Assembly (NCBI RefSeq): GCF_963921235.1
Contig: NC_086097.1
Span: 172,362,001-172,426,000, forward strand
DNA length: 64,000 nucleotides
Direction of reading: 5' to 3'
Source: Mobula hypostoma
Lineage: Eukaryota
The first letter of the stretch is position 1; each line of letters starts with the position of its first letter. Below the pieces are notes generated by a model. It was not told where the DNA came from, made no database searches, and saw only the letters and a program-made list of their open reading frames with translations. A program made the position numbers and the translations under genes. Below, one piece after another: positions 46,504-58,028 of this stretch.

Positions 46504-49500
46504 TCATATTCTATAAAAAAACCCTGTACCCCTTAAAAACGCTAAAAATACCCGGACTTGTGCTCTCTCACCCATGCCCAGCAACCCTTTTAATGTGAAT
46601 TCCTGCATCCCCAATTCCCTTAATTTATTTCTCATCGTCTCTCTCTGTATCCCATACTTCCTGCAACTCAGAACTACATGTTCTACTGACTCCTCTTCCT
46701 GACATTCCTCACACAATCCTGTCTGGTGTTTCCCTATCATTTTTAATGTTTTGTTTAATGCACAATGCCCCAGCCTTAACCTAGTCCACACAATTTCCTC
46801 TCTTCTGTTTCCATTACCTACCCTAGTAACTGCAACACTCTTTTGTATTTGATATAAATGCCTCCCTTTCCCCTCCCTGTCCCATCTTTCTTGTCACATT
46901 CGGTTGACTTTTTCCCAGATTACACACTTAACCTCTGCTTTACTAATACTAATGTGCATTTCCACATTTTCTTTCTTTAACGCCCTCTTTGCCAACTCAT
47001 CCACCCTCTCATTCCCCTTCACCCCTACATGTGCTGGAACCCATAGAAATTTTATCTGACCTCCCTGATTTGCAATTCTTGTAACTAACTGAAGGACTTC
47101 ATAAAGTACATCTTGCCAACTGTTTGTGTGAAAAGAACTTAAACTTGCTAGAACTGAAGATGAATCGGAACATATCAATGCTTTGGCTTGTCTGGCTTTC
47201 TGCACCCATTGCAAAGCAACCAACACTGCCAGCATCTCCACTGTAAACACCCCTAACTTATTAGATGTTCTTCTGCTGATTCCAATTTCTTTTGCTGGTA
47301 TTACCACCCCAAACCCTGTCACTCCTGTTTCAGGTTCCTTCGCACCATCCATATAAATGTGAGTATAATCACTATACTTTTCCATCACATGACAGTTAAA
47401 TGCATTTACCAAATCTGTTTTATATCTTTCTTTCCTTTTTACCTCTAACAAATGCCAGTCTATGTCAGGCCATACAAGCTTCCATGGAGCTACAACCGGA
47501 TAAACTACTGAAGGACTTATCCTCAGATCAAACACTCCACATTCTTTCGCGATATCATTCCCTACCCGACTAAAGGTATCCCTCTGAAACCTCCCATTTT
47601 CCCAGCACTCCTGCAACACTCCTTTAGCAGGGTGAGAATCATTGTGCCCCTGCAAGTTAGCCCAGTAGTTTGCCATCAGTTGCATCCTTCTTAGATCCAA
47701 AGGCATTATTCCCATTTCTACCTGTAGTGCTGACACTGGTGACGTTTTAAAAGCCCCACTGCACACTCTCAAGGCCTGAGCCTGAATCACATCCAGTTTC
47801 CTTATAAGAGACCTAGATGCTGATCCATATACTATATTTCCATAATCCAATACAGATCTTACTAAAGCCACATACATTCTCTTCAAAGCTGAACAACTTG
47901 CTCCCCATTCCCTACCAGTCAAACATCTAATCACATTTATTACTTTTTTACATTTCTCCTCAACTTTCCTGATATGGTCTGCCCATGTTAATCGTGAATC
48001 AAATATAACTCCCAGAAATTTAAATGATGCAACCCTTTCTAATTCAACCCCATACATCCTTAACTTCCTCCCTACCTCAACCCTTTTCCTGGTAAAAAAT
48101 ACAGTTTGAGTTTTATCTACTGAAAATCTACATCCCCAATCATAACCCCATTCCACCACTTCATCAATTGCTTCTTGTAGTTTCCTGATTATACGGTCCA
48201 TGTGCCTGCCTATTTTCCACAAGGCCCCATCATCTGCAAACAGTGACCTACCTATATCCACTGGTACCTTTGTGAAGACATCATTGATCATAATGATGAA
48301 AAGTAATGGGCTAATCACACTACCTTGAGGTGTGCCATTTTCCACTACGTACTGTTTTGATAATTCTGATCCAATCCGAACTTGAATTTTTCTACCAAAC
48401 AAAAAATCTTTAATCCAATTAAAAACTCTCCCACCAACCCCCATCTTGTGCAGTTTAATTAATAATCCTTCCTTCCACATCATATCATAGGCTTTTTCAA
48501 CGTCAAAGAACACTGCCACTACTGACTCTCTATTTGCCTGGGCCTTCCTTATTTCAGTCTCTAACATAATTACTGAGTCCATGGAATTCCTTCCCTTTCT
48601 AAAACCACTCTGATAACTTGCCAGCATTCCCCTTTTCTCAAGCTCATATGATAACCTTTCTGTTATCATCCTTTCCATTATCTTAATGCAATGATGTTAA
48701 TGCAATTGGTCTGTAGCTAGTGGGTTTTGACAGATCCTTGCCAGGCTTCCTTATTGGAATTACTACTGCTTCTTTCCATGCACTTGGTAATCTTCCCTCC
48801 TCCCACACTCTGTTATAAAAATGCAGCAACTTCAAGAGCGCTCCTTCTCCTAGATTTTTTAGCATCACAGAGCATATCAGATCTTTCCCTGGGGAGGTTG
48901 GTCTCGATCTCTTTATTGCTCTCACCATTTCTGCTAATGTAAATGGATCATCAATTATATCATCTGTTCCTTCCCTCCTGCTTAACACACCTGGGTGTTG
49001 GCTCATTATTCTTTCCCTTCTTCTTCTCCCTCCTTCAGACAAATTTTCTGAACTGTGTATCAGTACAAATGACTTGGCCATGACCTCAGCCTTATCCCTA
49101 CTGGAGACTGCAGTTTCCTCCTCAGGTATCATTACTGGATATTCCCATTCCCTTCTATCTCCTCCCATACTCTTAATCATTCCCCATATCTCTCCCACAG
49201 GTGTTGTTCTTCCTACCTTGTCGCAAAAACTCCTCCAACTTGCCCTTTTAGCTTGACATATAGTTCTTCTCACCCCTGCCTGTGCTTTCTTATATTGAAC
49301 CAAATGCTGCATATTATGGGTTCTTTTAACTAGCCTGAATGCTCTATTTCTGTTTTTTACAGCCTGACAACGTTCCTCTGTCCACCATGGTACCAGTTTT
49401 CTATTCATCCTATTTTTACTCCTAGGTATAGATCCTTCTGCTGCCATGATAATTGCTGAAGTCACCTGACTGTTTAATTCATCTACATTTCCAGAAATAT

Positions 49501-49540
49501 CAATCTTTGTCAACCCTTCTTCACTCAATTTCTGGAACTT
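46504..49540 (-). pseudogene. LINE ORF2 (RT-RNase H-zinc knuckle) with one frameshift (~48680) and one in-frame TGA (46894-46896)
   Basis: ORFs 46894..48678 and 46504..46791 share a frame separated by a single stop (NRM*QERWD); 48683..49657 is frameshifted at ALTS. Confidence 0.85.
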
Positions 49541-49744
49541 ACCCTGCCTACTGTTTATACATATCAATTCTTTATACTGTACAGTGTATTGAGGTAGAAC
49601 AAGGTAAAACAATAATAGAATGCATGTGTAGCAGCTATAGAGAAAGTACAGTGGCAATAAAGTACAAGATCATAATGAAGTAGATTGTGAGATCAAGAGT
49701 ACTATACCAATATGGTGGTTCACATGGACATTCTGCGCTGAAGG

Positions 49745-50170
49745 GCGTCGCTGGAGCTTAGAGGAATAAAGGAGGATCTCATTGAAATCTACCAAATATA
49801 GAAAGGCCTAAATAGAATGAATGTGGACAGGATGGTTCCAATAGTAGAAAGGACTAGATCCAGAAAGCACAGCCACAGAATAGAAGGATGTTTCATCAGA
49901 GCAGAGATAAGGATCAATTTATTTAACAAGAGGGTGGTGAATTTATGAAACTCATTGCCAGAGATAGCTGTGGAAGCCAAGCCATTGGGCATACTTAAAG
50001 CAGAGGTTGATTGGTTTTTGATTAGTAAGGGTGTAAAAGATTATGGGGAGAAGGCAGGAGAATGGGACTGAGAAGGAAAGTAAATCAGCCATGTTCAAAT
50101 GGTGGACCAGACTCAATGGGCCAAATAGCCTCATTTTGCTCCTACATCTTTTGGTTTTATGGTTTTTCTG
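49745..50170 (+). mobile_element. Old CR1 3' fragment
   Basis: GDLIEIYQI, KRVVNL..LPE, 3' stem-loop and TTTTATGG-type tail. Confidence 0.75.
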
Positions 50171-50422
50171 ATTCTTTGATTTTATATCTCTAAAATGTAA
50201 CTTCACAGTACTTGAGTAGGTTAGACATCTAAGTAGTTTTTGACGTCTTTCTTTAAAATGTTGATCATCTGAGCAAAATAATATATAGTAGTTTTCTGTC
50301 CTTTAGTAATTTATGATCTGGGTAATAATAATTACATTGACTTAAACATAAGAACACTAAAATAAGATCAGTAGTAGGCTCTTAATCCTGCTACATCTAA
50401 CGGGATCAGAGGTGACCCAGTA

Positions 50423-50598
50423 TGTTGTGTCTGTACAACTACATATCAATTAAAATAATGCATGCACACAACGGTGAAGTTAACTGATGTATTCACTTTG
50501 CAGAGAGAGAACAGATCAATGTGCATGGGTAAGTTATCAGTCAATAAGTAGTGCTAAGGGGAGTCATTGCGCTAAAAGAAATAGATTCATACATTGCA
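50423..50598 (-). repeat. Gypsy 3' LTR (176 bp)
   Basis: TG...CA termini next to the polypurine tract; 50525-50598 matches 54774-54847. Confidence 0.85.
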
Positions 50599-52149
50599 CT
50601 TCCTCCCCCTTTAGATTAACGTAATAACAAACTGTATATGTAACAAAACATTCAATTCCCCTTTAGCAAACCATATTCATATAAAAATACATTCACAATA
50701 ACAATGCTCAACGAACTTCACATTTCTGAAGATTCAGTCCTTTCAGTGGTGCTCTGTTTCTTTGAGGATAGCACCGCTGAACCTATGGAGTGGCATCAGG
50801 TTTGGAAGATATCTTGGCAATGAGAACATTCTCTTTGCACCTCTGGACCTGTGGAGCGGAATCAGGTTTGGCAGATGTCTTGGTAAAGTCAACTTTCTCT
50901 GTTGCAGATGCCATGTTGCTGTTAGTGATATGATCATTACTGTGAGGTGATTTTAGTGTCTGTAATGTGTCCGTCTTGTTGGACGCAATTGACTCAGGTG
51001 TTTCCTTTGGTTGGGCATGGTCCACATGACATCTCCATGTCTGATCTCCAACATCCACTGTGTACATCAGTGGTCCAGTTCTTGTAGCTACCCTACCAGG
51101 TGTCCATTTGTCTTCTTGGTAATCATACACCAGGACTTCCTGTCCAACCTCAAAGTTCCTTGCTGATTTGCTTGGCAACAGGCTGAACTGTTTATTCTGC
51201 CCTTCCCTTCGTAAACTTTCTTTCAGGAGGTTTATGCGAGATCTCAGATTCTTATGAAAAGCATTGCAGGTGTTTGATTTCTCGTCGTATGAACAGAGTT
51301 CCAATATACAAAAAGGAAGTTGTCCACCTTATGCTGTAGAGAAATGTCCTCCTTGTCCATAGTTTTAAAGGACTTCTTGAAGGTTTGGACAAACCTTTCA
51401 GCTAACCCCTTCGTTGCTGGGTGGTGAGGAGCTCACTTGAAATGTTTGATGCCCTTTTTCTTCATGAACAGTCAGAGTTCTTCTGACTTGTGTCGTGGTC
51501 TGTTATCACTCACAATTTGTTCAGGCAAACCATTTCTGGTGTAGATAGTCCTTAGCGCAGAGAGAGTCTTTGCTGAGGTGGTTGACTTCATTGGTATAAC
51601 CTCCAGCCACTTCAAAAGAGCATCCACAGCAATCAGAAATATGGAGTCCAAAAATGGCCCAGCAAAGTCAATAGGTACTCTTTGCCATGGTGATAGCAGC
51701 CACTGCCACGGGTGTAACAGTGCCTGTGGGGGTGCATTTTGAACTTTGTGGCATCCTGAACAACTTTTGGTCAGGTCTTCATTCTGTCTATCTATTCCAG
51801 GCTACTGCACGTAGCTCCGGGTGAGACTCTTCATCTTGACTGTACCCAGGTGTCCTTCATGCAGGATTTCTAACACTCTGGTGTTCAGTTTAGAAGGAAC
51901 CACAACATGAGATCCACACATCAGATTTCTTTGACATACAGAATGTTGGTCTCGACTCACAGAGAACCCTAGAAACATAGGATTACCATGAGCTGGCCAT
52001 CCTTGCATGGTGATGTCATAGACTTTTGCCAATGCTTCTCTTTGTATTTCAGAATTTGTTACCAGCAACTGGTCCACCAATACTGTGTGGAACACCTCTG
52101 CTGTGTCACAGAATGAAGACTTTTCTTCTTCAATCCAATGAAGCACAAT

Positions 52150-53790
52150 TGGATGTCCAATCCTTATACACTTCCATTCCCCATCAAGAAGGCCTCAAAG
52201 CCCTCCGCTACTTCCTGGATAATAGACCTCACCAGTTCCCCACCACCACTACCCTCCTCCGGTTGGCGGAACTGGTTCTCACACTTAATAACTTCTCTTT
52301 TGGCTCTTCCCACTTTCTTCAGACTAAGGGTGTAGCTATGGGAACTCACATGGGACCCAGCTATGCATGCCTTTTCATTGGTTATGTGGAACAGTCTGTG
52401 CTCCAAACCTATTCTGGTACTGCTCCCCAACTTTTCCTTCGATATATTGACGACTACATTGGTGCTGCTTCCTGCACCCATGCTGAGCTCGTCAATTTCA
52501 TCGACTTTACCTCAAACTTCCACCCAGCCCTCAAATTCACTTGGTCTATCTCTGACACCTCTCGCCCCTTTTTCGATGTCTCGGTCTCCATCTCTGGAGA
52601 CAGACTGTCCACTGACATCTTCTACAAGCCCACTGACTCTCATAACTACCTCGACTATACCTCTTCCCACCCCGCCACATGTAAAAATGCCATTCCCTAT
52701 TCCCAGTTCCTTCGTCTCCGCCACAGCTGCTCCCAGGATGAGGCTTTCCGTTCCAGGATATCTCAAATGTCCTCTTTCTTTAAGGATCGTGGTTTCCCTT
52801 CTGCAGTGATCAATGACGCCCTCACCCGCATCTCCTCCATTTCCCGCACTTCGGCCCTCACCCCATCTTCCCGCCACCACAACAGGGACAGAGTTCCCCT
52901 TGTCCTCACCTACCACCCCACCAGCCTTTAGATTCGGCACATTATCCTCCGCAACTTCCGCCACCTTCAACAGGACCCCACCACTAAGCACATCTTTCCC
53001 TCTCCACCCCCTTCTGCCTTCCGCACAGATTGGTCCCTCCGCGACTCACTTATTCTCACGTCCATCCCCACGGATCTCCCGCCCGGCACTTATCCCTGTA
53101 AGCGTAAGTGCTACACCTGTCCCTACACCTCCTCTCTTGCCACCACTCAGGGCCCCAAACAGTCCTTCCAGGTGAGGCAACATTTCATTTGCGAATCTGT
53201 TGGGGTCATCTATTGCATCCGGTGCTCCCGGTGTGGCCTCCTCTACATGGATGAAACCCGACGCAGATTGGGGGACCGCTTCGTCGAGCACCTCCACTCC
53301 GTCCGCCACAACAAACAGGATATCCCGGTAGCCATCCACTTCAACTCTGCTTCCCATTCCCATTCAGATATGTCCATACATGGCCTCCTCTACTGCCATG
53401 ATGAGGCTAAACTCATATACCGTCTAGGTAGTCACCGGCCCCTTGGTATGAACATAGAATCCTCCAACGTCCAGTAATTCCCTCCACCTCCCTTCCTCTA
53501 TCCCTATTTCGCATCACCTCCTTCATAGTTCTGCCTCCTTCCACTATTCTTCTCCTACCAATCACCTCCCTGCTTCCCCTCCCCCACACCTTTGTCATAA
53601 AAATTACTGGTTTTTTTCAACTACCAGCATTCTTCAAACCCTCCCCAAAGTTCTTCCTTCAGTCCTGACGAAGGGTTTCGGCCCGAAACGTCGACTAATC
53701 TTTTCAACTGATGCTGACTGACCTGCTGAGTTCCTCCAGTGCATTGTGAGTGTTCCTTTGACAACAGCATCTGCAGATTATTTTGTGTTT
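52150..53790 (+). mobile_element. Penelope-like element (Neptune-type), copy 2, 5'-truncated
   Basis: DVQSLYTSIP, GVAMGTHMGPSYA, FLRYIDD, CKRKCYTC linker, GVIYCIRCSRCGLLYMDET; TSD ACTTTTCTTCTTC at 52119-52131 and 53791-53803. Confidence 0.93.
53661..53696 (+). ncRNA. Intact minimal type-I hammerhead ribozyme (dimer-dependent type)
   Basis: AGTC / CTGACGA / A-GGGT-TTCG-GCCC / GAAA / CG / TC / GACT; predicted GUC cleavage after 53692. Confidence 0.85.
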
Positions 53791-54773
53791 ACTTTTCTTC
53801 TTCTGTTGCCAGCGGTGGAAATGTGACAAGCATCAGTGCGGCTGTGTTGTTTGGTACCCTTGAACTCTATGTCATAAGTGCTTACATTGCAACCATGTAG
53901 CAGACATCACTGGGATTGTCTTCCTGGGATTCGAAATGGACACAAGGAGCTGGTGCCCTGTCAGTAGAGTAAACTTTTGTCCTTAGAGGTAGTGCTAGAA
54001 CTTCTTTATTCCTCATACTAGACTAAGACCTTCTCCATCGATCTGTACGTAGTTGCATTCTGTGCTCGTCAGTGATCTTGAAGTAAATGCAATCAGGCAT
54101 TCAGATCCATCTTTTCTAGTGTGTGACAAAACAGCACCAATACCATAAGGGGGCACATCACATGCCACTCTGATGGGCAGAGATGGTTCATAATGGGTTA
54201 GCGATTCATTGGATGTAATTAGTCTCTTTGTTTCCTTGAATGCTCTTTCACATCTTTCTGACCATTCCTTCTTTGCTCTTGTGTTCAATGGATGCAGCAC
54301 TGTAGCAATGTTTGGGAGAAACTGGTGGTGTTAGTTTACAAGGCCAAAGTATGACCTGAGTTGTGACACATTTTCTGGTTTGGGTTACTGAAGCACTGCT
54401 TCATTCTTCTCTTGTGACTTATCTAAGCCATGCTTGTCAATGACATGTCCACAATATGAGATTCCATTCTTGAAAACTCATATTTGTCTCTCTTTGTGCA
54501 CAGACCATTCTCACTCAGCCTGATGAGGTGTTCTTCATCATTCTTGCTATTTACAATTTGGCAGCATTGTGATCCTGAGATGTCTTTGAGCACTTGGTCC
54601 ATTGCCCTTTGCCAAATTGCTGGAACTGATACAAGCCAAAGACGAGACAATTATACCTGAACAGTTCCTTGTAAGTTTGATTGTGGGGAAATTCCTGCTT
54701 GATTCTTCAATCTCCATTTGAAGATAGGCTTGTGACAAGTCAACCTTTGAAAACCTCTCCCCGCCTACCAAAG

Positions 54774-54847
54774 ATGGGTAAGTTATCGGTCAATATGTAG
54801 TGCTAAGGGAAGTCACTGTGCTAAAAGAAATAGATCCATACGTTATA
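54774..54847 (-). repeat. Remnant of the Gypsy 5' LTR (first 74 bp)
   Basis: 65/74 identity by eye to 50525-50598; followed by TSD CAGTA. Confidence 0.85.
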
Positions 54848-54899
54848 CAGTAATTAATCATTTTTCTCATGATGGATGAGAAAATGGATGAATTACCAT

Positions 54900-56010
54900 T
54901 CAAATATGCCCTCTTTTCATTAGTAGCATTAGAGAGCAGGTACAGGAGCTTGAAGACCTATACTCAATGATTCAAGAGCAGTTTTTTCCTTTCCATTACC
55001 GGATTTCTGAATGGTTGATGAATCTATGAATACTACCTCAATATTCTTTTTTGCTCGATTTATTTATTTTGTAATGAATAGTAATTTTATTTCTTCACTC
55101 TATACTGCTGCTGTAAAACAAAAAAAATCACAACTTGTAAGGCAGTGATATTAAACATTGTTCTGATTTTGATTCTGATTCAACCCCCTCCGCCTTAATT
55201 ATACTCAATGTTGAAATATTTCCGTATCTCCTTCCTAGACGTGCAAATCTTATCCAAAGATCCTGTTTCTTGAAATTCTGGACTTGCCAGTCAGATGAAA
55301 AAGCCCCTGAATATCCACATCTGACCTTGTGTTTCTCAGTGAGATCAGCTTTCATCATACCAGACAAAAGGGAGTAACATGTGAAATGCTACGGTGAAGG
55401 ACTGGAGGATAGAGATTAATTGGATGGCTGGTTTCCATATCTAGATGAAACAGTTCCCTCTTTATTAGAAAAATAAATGGCCTTAAAATTCCATTGTACC
55501 CTTCAGGATGATATAGTCATGATGGGACAATAACCGAAATCCATGCACAAATTTAGAATTTAGAATCAGTTGTTAGAATCGGATTTAGGATATAAGGTTT
55601 GTTATCTCTGATATATGATATAAAATCTGTTGATTTGTGGCAATAATACAGTGCAAAGACAAAAAAATTGCTATAAGTTTACAAAAAAAAGTGTAAAAGT
55701 TGCAAAAGGAACAACAAGGCAGTGTTCATTGGTTTATGGACCATTCAGAATTCTTATGATTGAGGGAAAGGAGCTATTTCTGAATCATTGAGTACAGATC
55801 TTCAGGCTCCTATACCTTCTCCCTAATGACAGTAAGAAAAAGAGGGCGTGACTCGAACAGTGAGGGTTCTTAATGATGGACGCCGCCTTCTTGTGGCACT
55901 GCCTCTTGAACATGTCCTCAATAGTGGGGAGGGTTGTCCTGTGATGGAGCTGGCTGAGTCTTCGATTCTCTGAAGCCTTTTGTGATCCTACGCATTGGAG
56001 CCTCCATACC
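54900..56010. mobile_element. Two old Rex-type 3' fragments (+ ~54900-55180; - ~55560-56010)
   Basis: RYRSLKT..FK.SFF motif and (CTGATT)n tails in both orientations. Confidence 0.7.
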
Positions 56011-56699
56011 AGTTAACCTTGAGTAACAACCCCATAACCTTTAGTCAAATGAATTAATAAGAAATGTGAATCTTCCAGACTATGATGTCTCTTATAGTCA
56101 GTACTCCATCAACACTGTACTGGAGTGCTGGTATTCTTAGTATTCACCTCTGCAGAATGGTAAATGCACATTTAGAGATGTGAAAAAATCTCTAATATGC
56201 GTTCTTCTGAACAAGGCAGGTCATCCTAATGAAGGAAGTCACCCCGCTGTAGAAGAGATTGTAGTCTGATTTAAGCAATAGAGTTGATCAAAAGACAATG
56301 AGCAAGCAATTTATCTTCAGTGGACTGCATTAACGTGCTGTGTATGGTGAAACAGCCTTCAGTTCTCTCTGCTTCTGAATTTCAGTTTCATTGAAGTCAA
56401 TGGAATCAAATTTCTGAGGCAGAGCTCAGTGTTCTATTATGAGAGCTCTATCATGTGTGCAGCACATATAACGTAGGACATTCACGCCAGTATGATTTAA
56501 CCCACTAAACATAACATGATGTACAATTTTACAATTGTTTAACATTGCAGAGAATCTGATAGAAGTTAGAGGATGCAGAAATTTGTTGCAGCTGTCAGAT
56601 TTAAGGATTTGGAACCTGCCATCAGTCACTGAGCTATTAACCTTTCTGGCTGTCAGAGGATCAGAAAAGAAGAATGTAACGCCAAATGAGAAAATCAGA

Positions 56700-56985
56700 A
56701 TGGCACAATGGCGCAGTTAATCAAACTCCTGTCTCAGAGATCCAGCGACCTGTATCCAATCCAGTGCTGCCTATGTGGAGTTTCTGCTTTTTCCCAGAAA
56801 CTACATGAACACAACCCGAAGGATTGGTAGGGTAATCAGCGTTTGTAAATTGACTCTCATATGTAGCTGAATGGTGGAGGTTGAGAGAGATGATGGTAAT
56901 GTAGATAGGATAAAATGGGATGGGTGCCTGATGATTTATGTGGACTTGGTGAGTGGTAGGACCTGTTTCTATTTTGTATGACTCC
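56700..56985 (+). mobile_element. Degenerate V-SINE-like element
   Basis: TGGCGCAG A-box-like start, TGTGGAGTTT, TGTAAATTG, CR1-like 3' end GGACCTGTTTCTATTTTGTATGACTC. Confidence 0.55.
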
Positions 56986-57569
56986 AAGCTCTTTGATATT
57001 CAGCCCTGTATTCCCATAACACAAGGGAAATAATTGCTATGTAATATGCTTGCAGATTTTGGGAAGATATTGAGTTAATGCATCCTTGTCCATTTCTGAA
57101 GAATTCAGCAAGGACTTTCCACCAACATTCAGGTTGATCTAATCAGCATCTATAAGCACAGTACAACACTGTGGACTAGATCTCATGGTCATACTCAAGA
57201 ATGAGTAACACATAACTACCCAAACACATAATCTCCCCCACTAGTCACCCAGTCTATCTGCAAACACTTGTTCTTATATTCTAGACTGTTGGAAAGCAAT
57301 CTAATTCTTCATTGACCAACTGCCCTGAACTTGTCTGATTGGCCATCTTTGCTAGTGTCGTTCCCACAGTAAGTAAAAAGAGTTATTTGAAGAAACTAAA
57401 AAAGAAAGCACAGTATATTTTTAGAGGTTGAATGGTCTACACACGCTGTTCCTTCTGGCAACAATATCTTTTGTAGTAACATATTGAAGATCATCTGAAA
57501 GACCAAGGACACAGCTTCTCCATTTCCTCTCTCTCTAGTTACAGTATTAATTGCATAGCATTGGGACTG

Positions 57570-58028
57570 CGTGTGCAACGATGACAGGAAACCTGTGCAG
57601 GAGATCTTCTAAGGTGCAAATTCCTCCATCTCAACCTCAGAGTCCAGGTCCAGTGGTACAAACAGGCATCATAAACTGGATCCCAGTTTGCAATGGATAA
57701 CCATAACGTCTTCTGCACCTTCATGTCCCTTGCTCTGCATGAAGCGTTGCAGTACTACCTTCCTGGCAGTTGGTTATCACTGTAGATCTGATCCATCCAG
57801 TCTGCTGGAGATAACTTCCCATGCTAGGGCAAGCACATTCCTATCTCACCAGGGTACGAGTACGCCAGCTACTTCCCCGTGTGTGCTAAGGAGGGGCAGC
57901 TGCTGCTGGAGACATAGGTGAGAGCTGAGTGTCTGGTGGGGTCCAAGGGTAAGTGAGCTGCCCCGGAATGGACACAACCAGCTCCTTCACCAGAAGTGTT
58001 GCCCCTCCCTGGTCACCTCATATACCCC
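57570..58028 (-). mobile_element. Probable RTE-derived non-autonomous element
   Basis: Minus strand has RTE 5'-UTR-like GGTGAAGGAGCT and an ORF-end-like W-M-D-Q-I (TGGATGGATCAGATC); no RT. Confidence 0.45.

Larger units (their letters stand above)
46297..49540 (-). mobile_element. Nimb/I-group LINE (RT + RNase H + CCHC), 5'-truncated, lightly mutated
   Basis: PWWTE, YRPIALTS, FFDVEKAYD, GTPQGSVISP, LFADDG, YMDG..E..SDS..WVPAHVGVKGNERVD, RLRLGH, CEEC..H..C; (ACAG)n tail. Confidence 0.93.
50423..54847 (-). mobile_element. Gypsy/Ty3 LTR retrotransposon, decayed, lacking gag-protease, interrupted by a PLE
   Basis: FSKVDLSQAYLQ, PAIWQRAMDQVL, VACD..YGIGAVLSH, LHEGHLG..KMKSL, KWTPG..TGPLMYTV; polypurine tract at 50599-50610; TSD CAGTA at 50418-50422 and 54848-54852. 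Confidence 0.92.
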
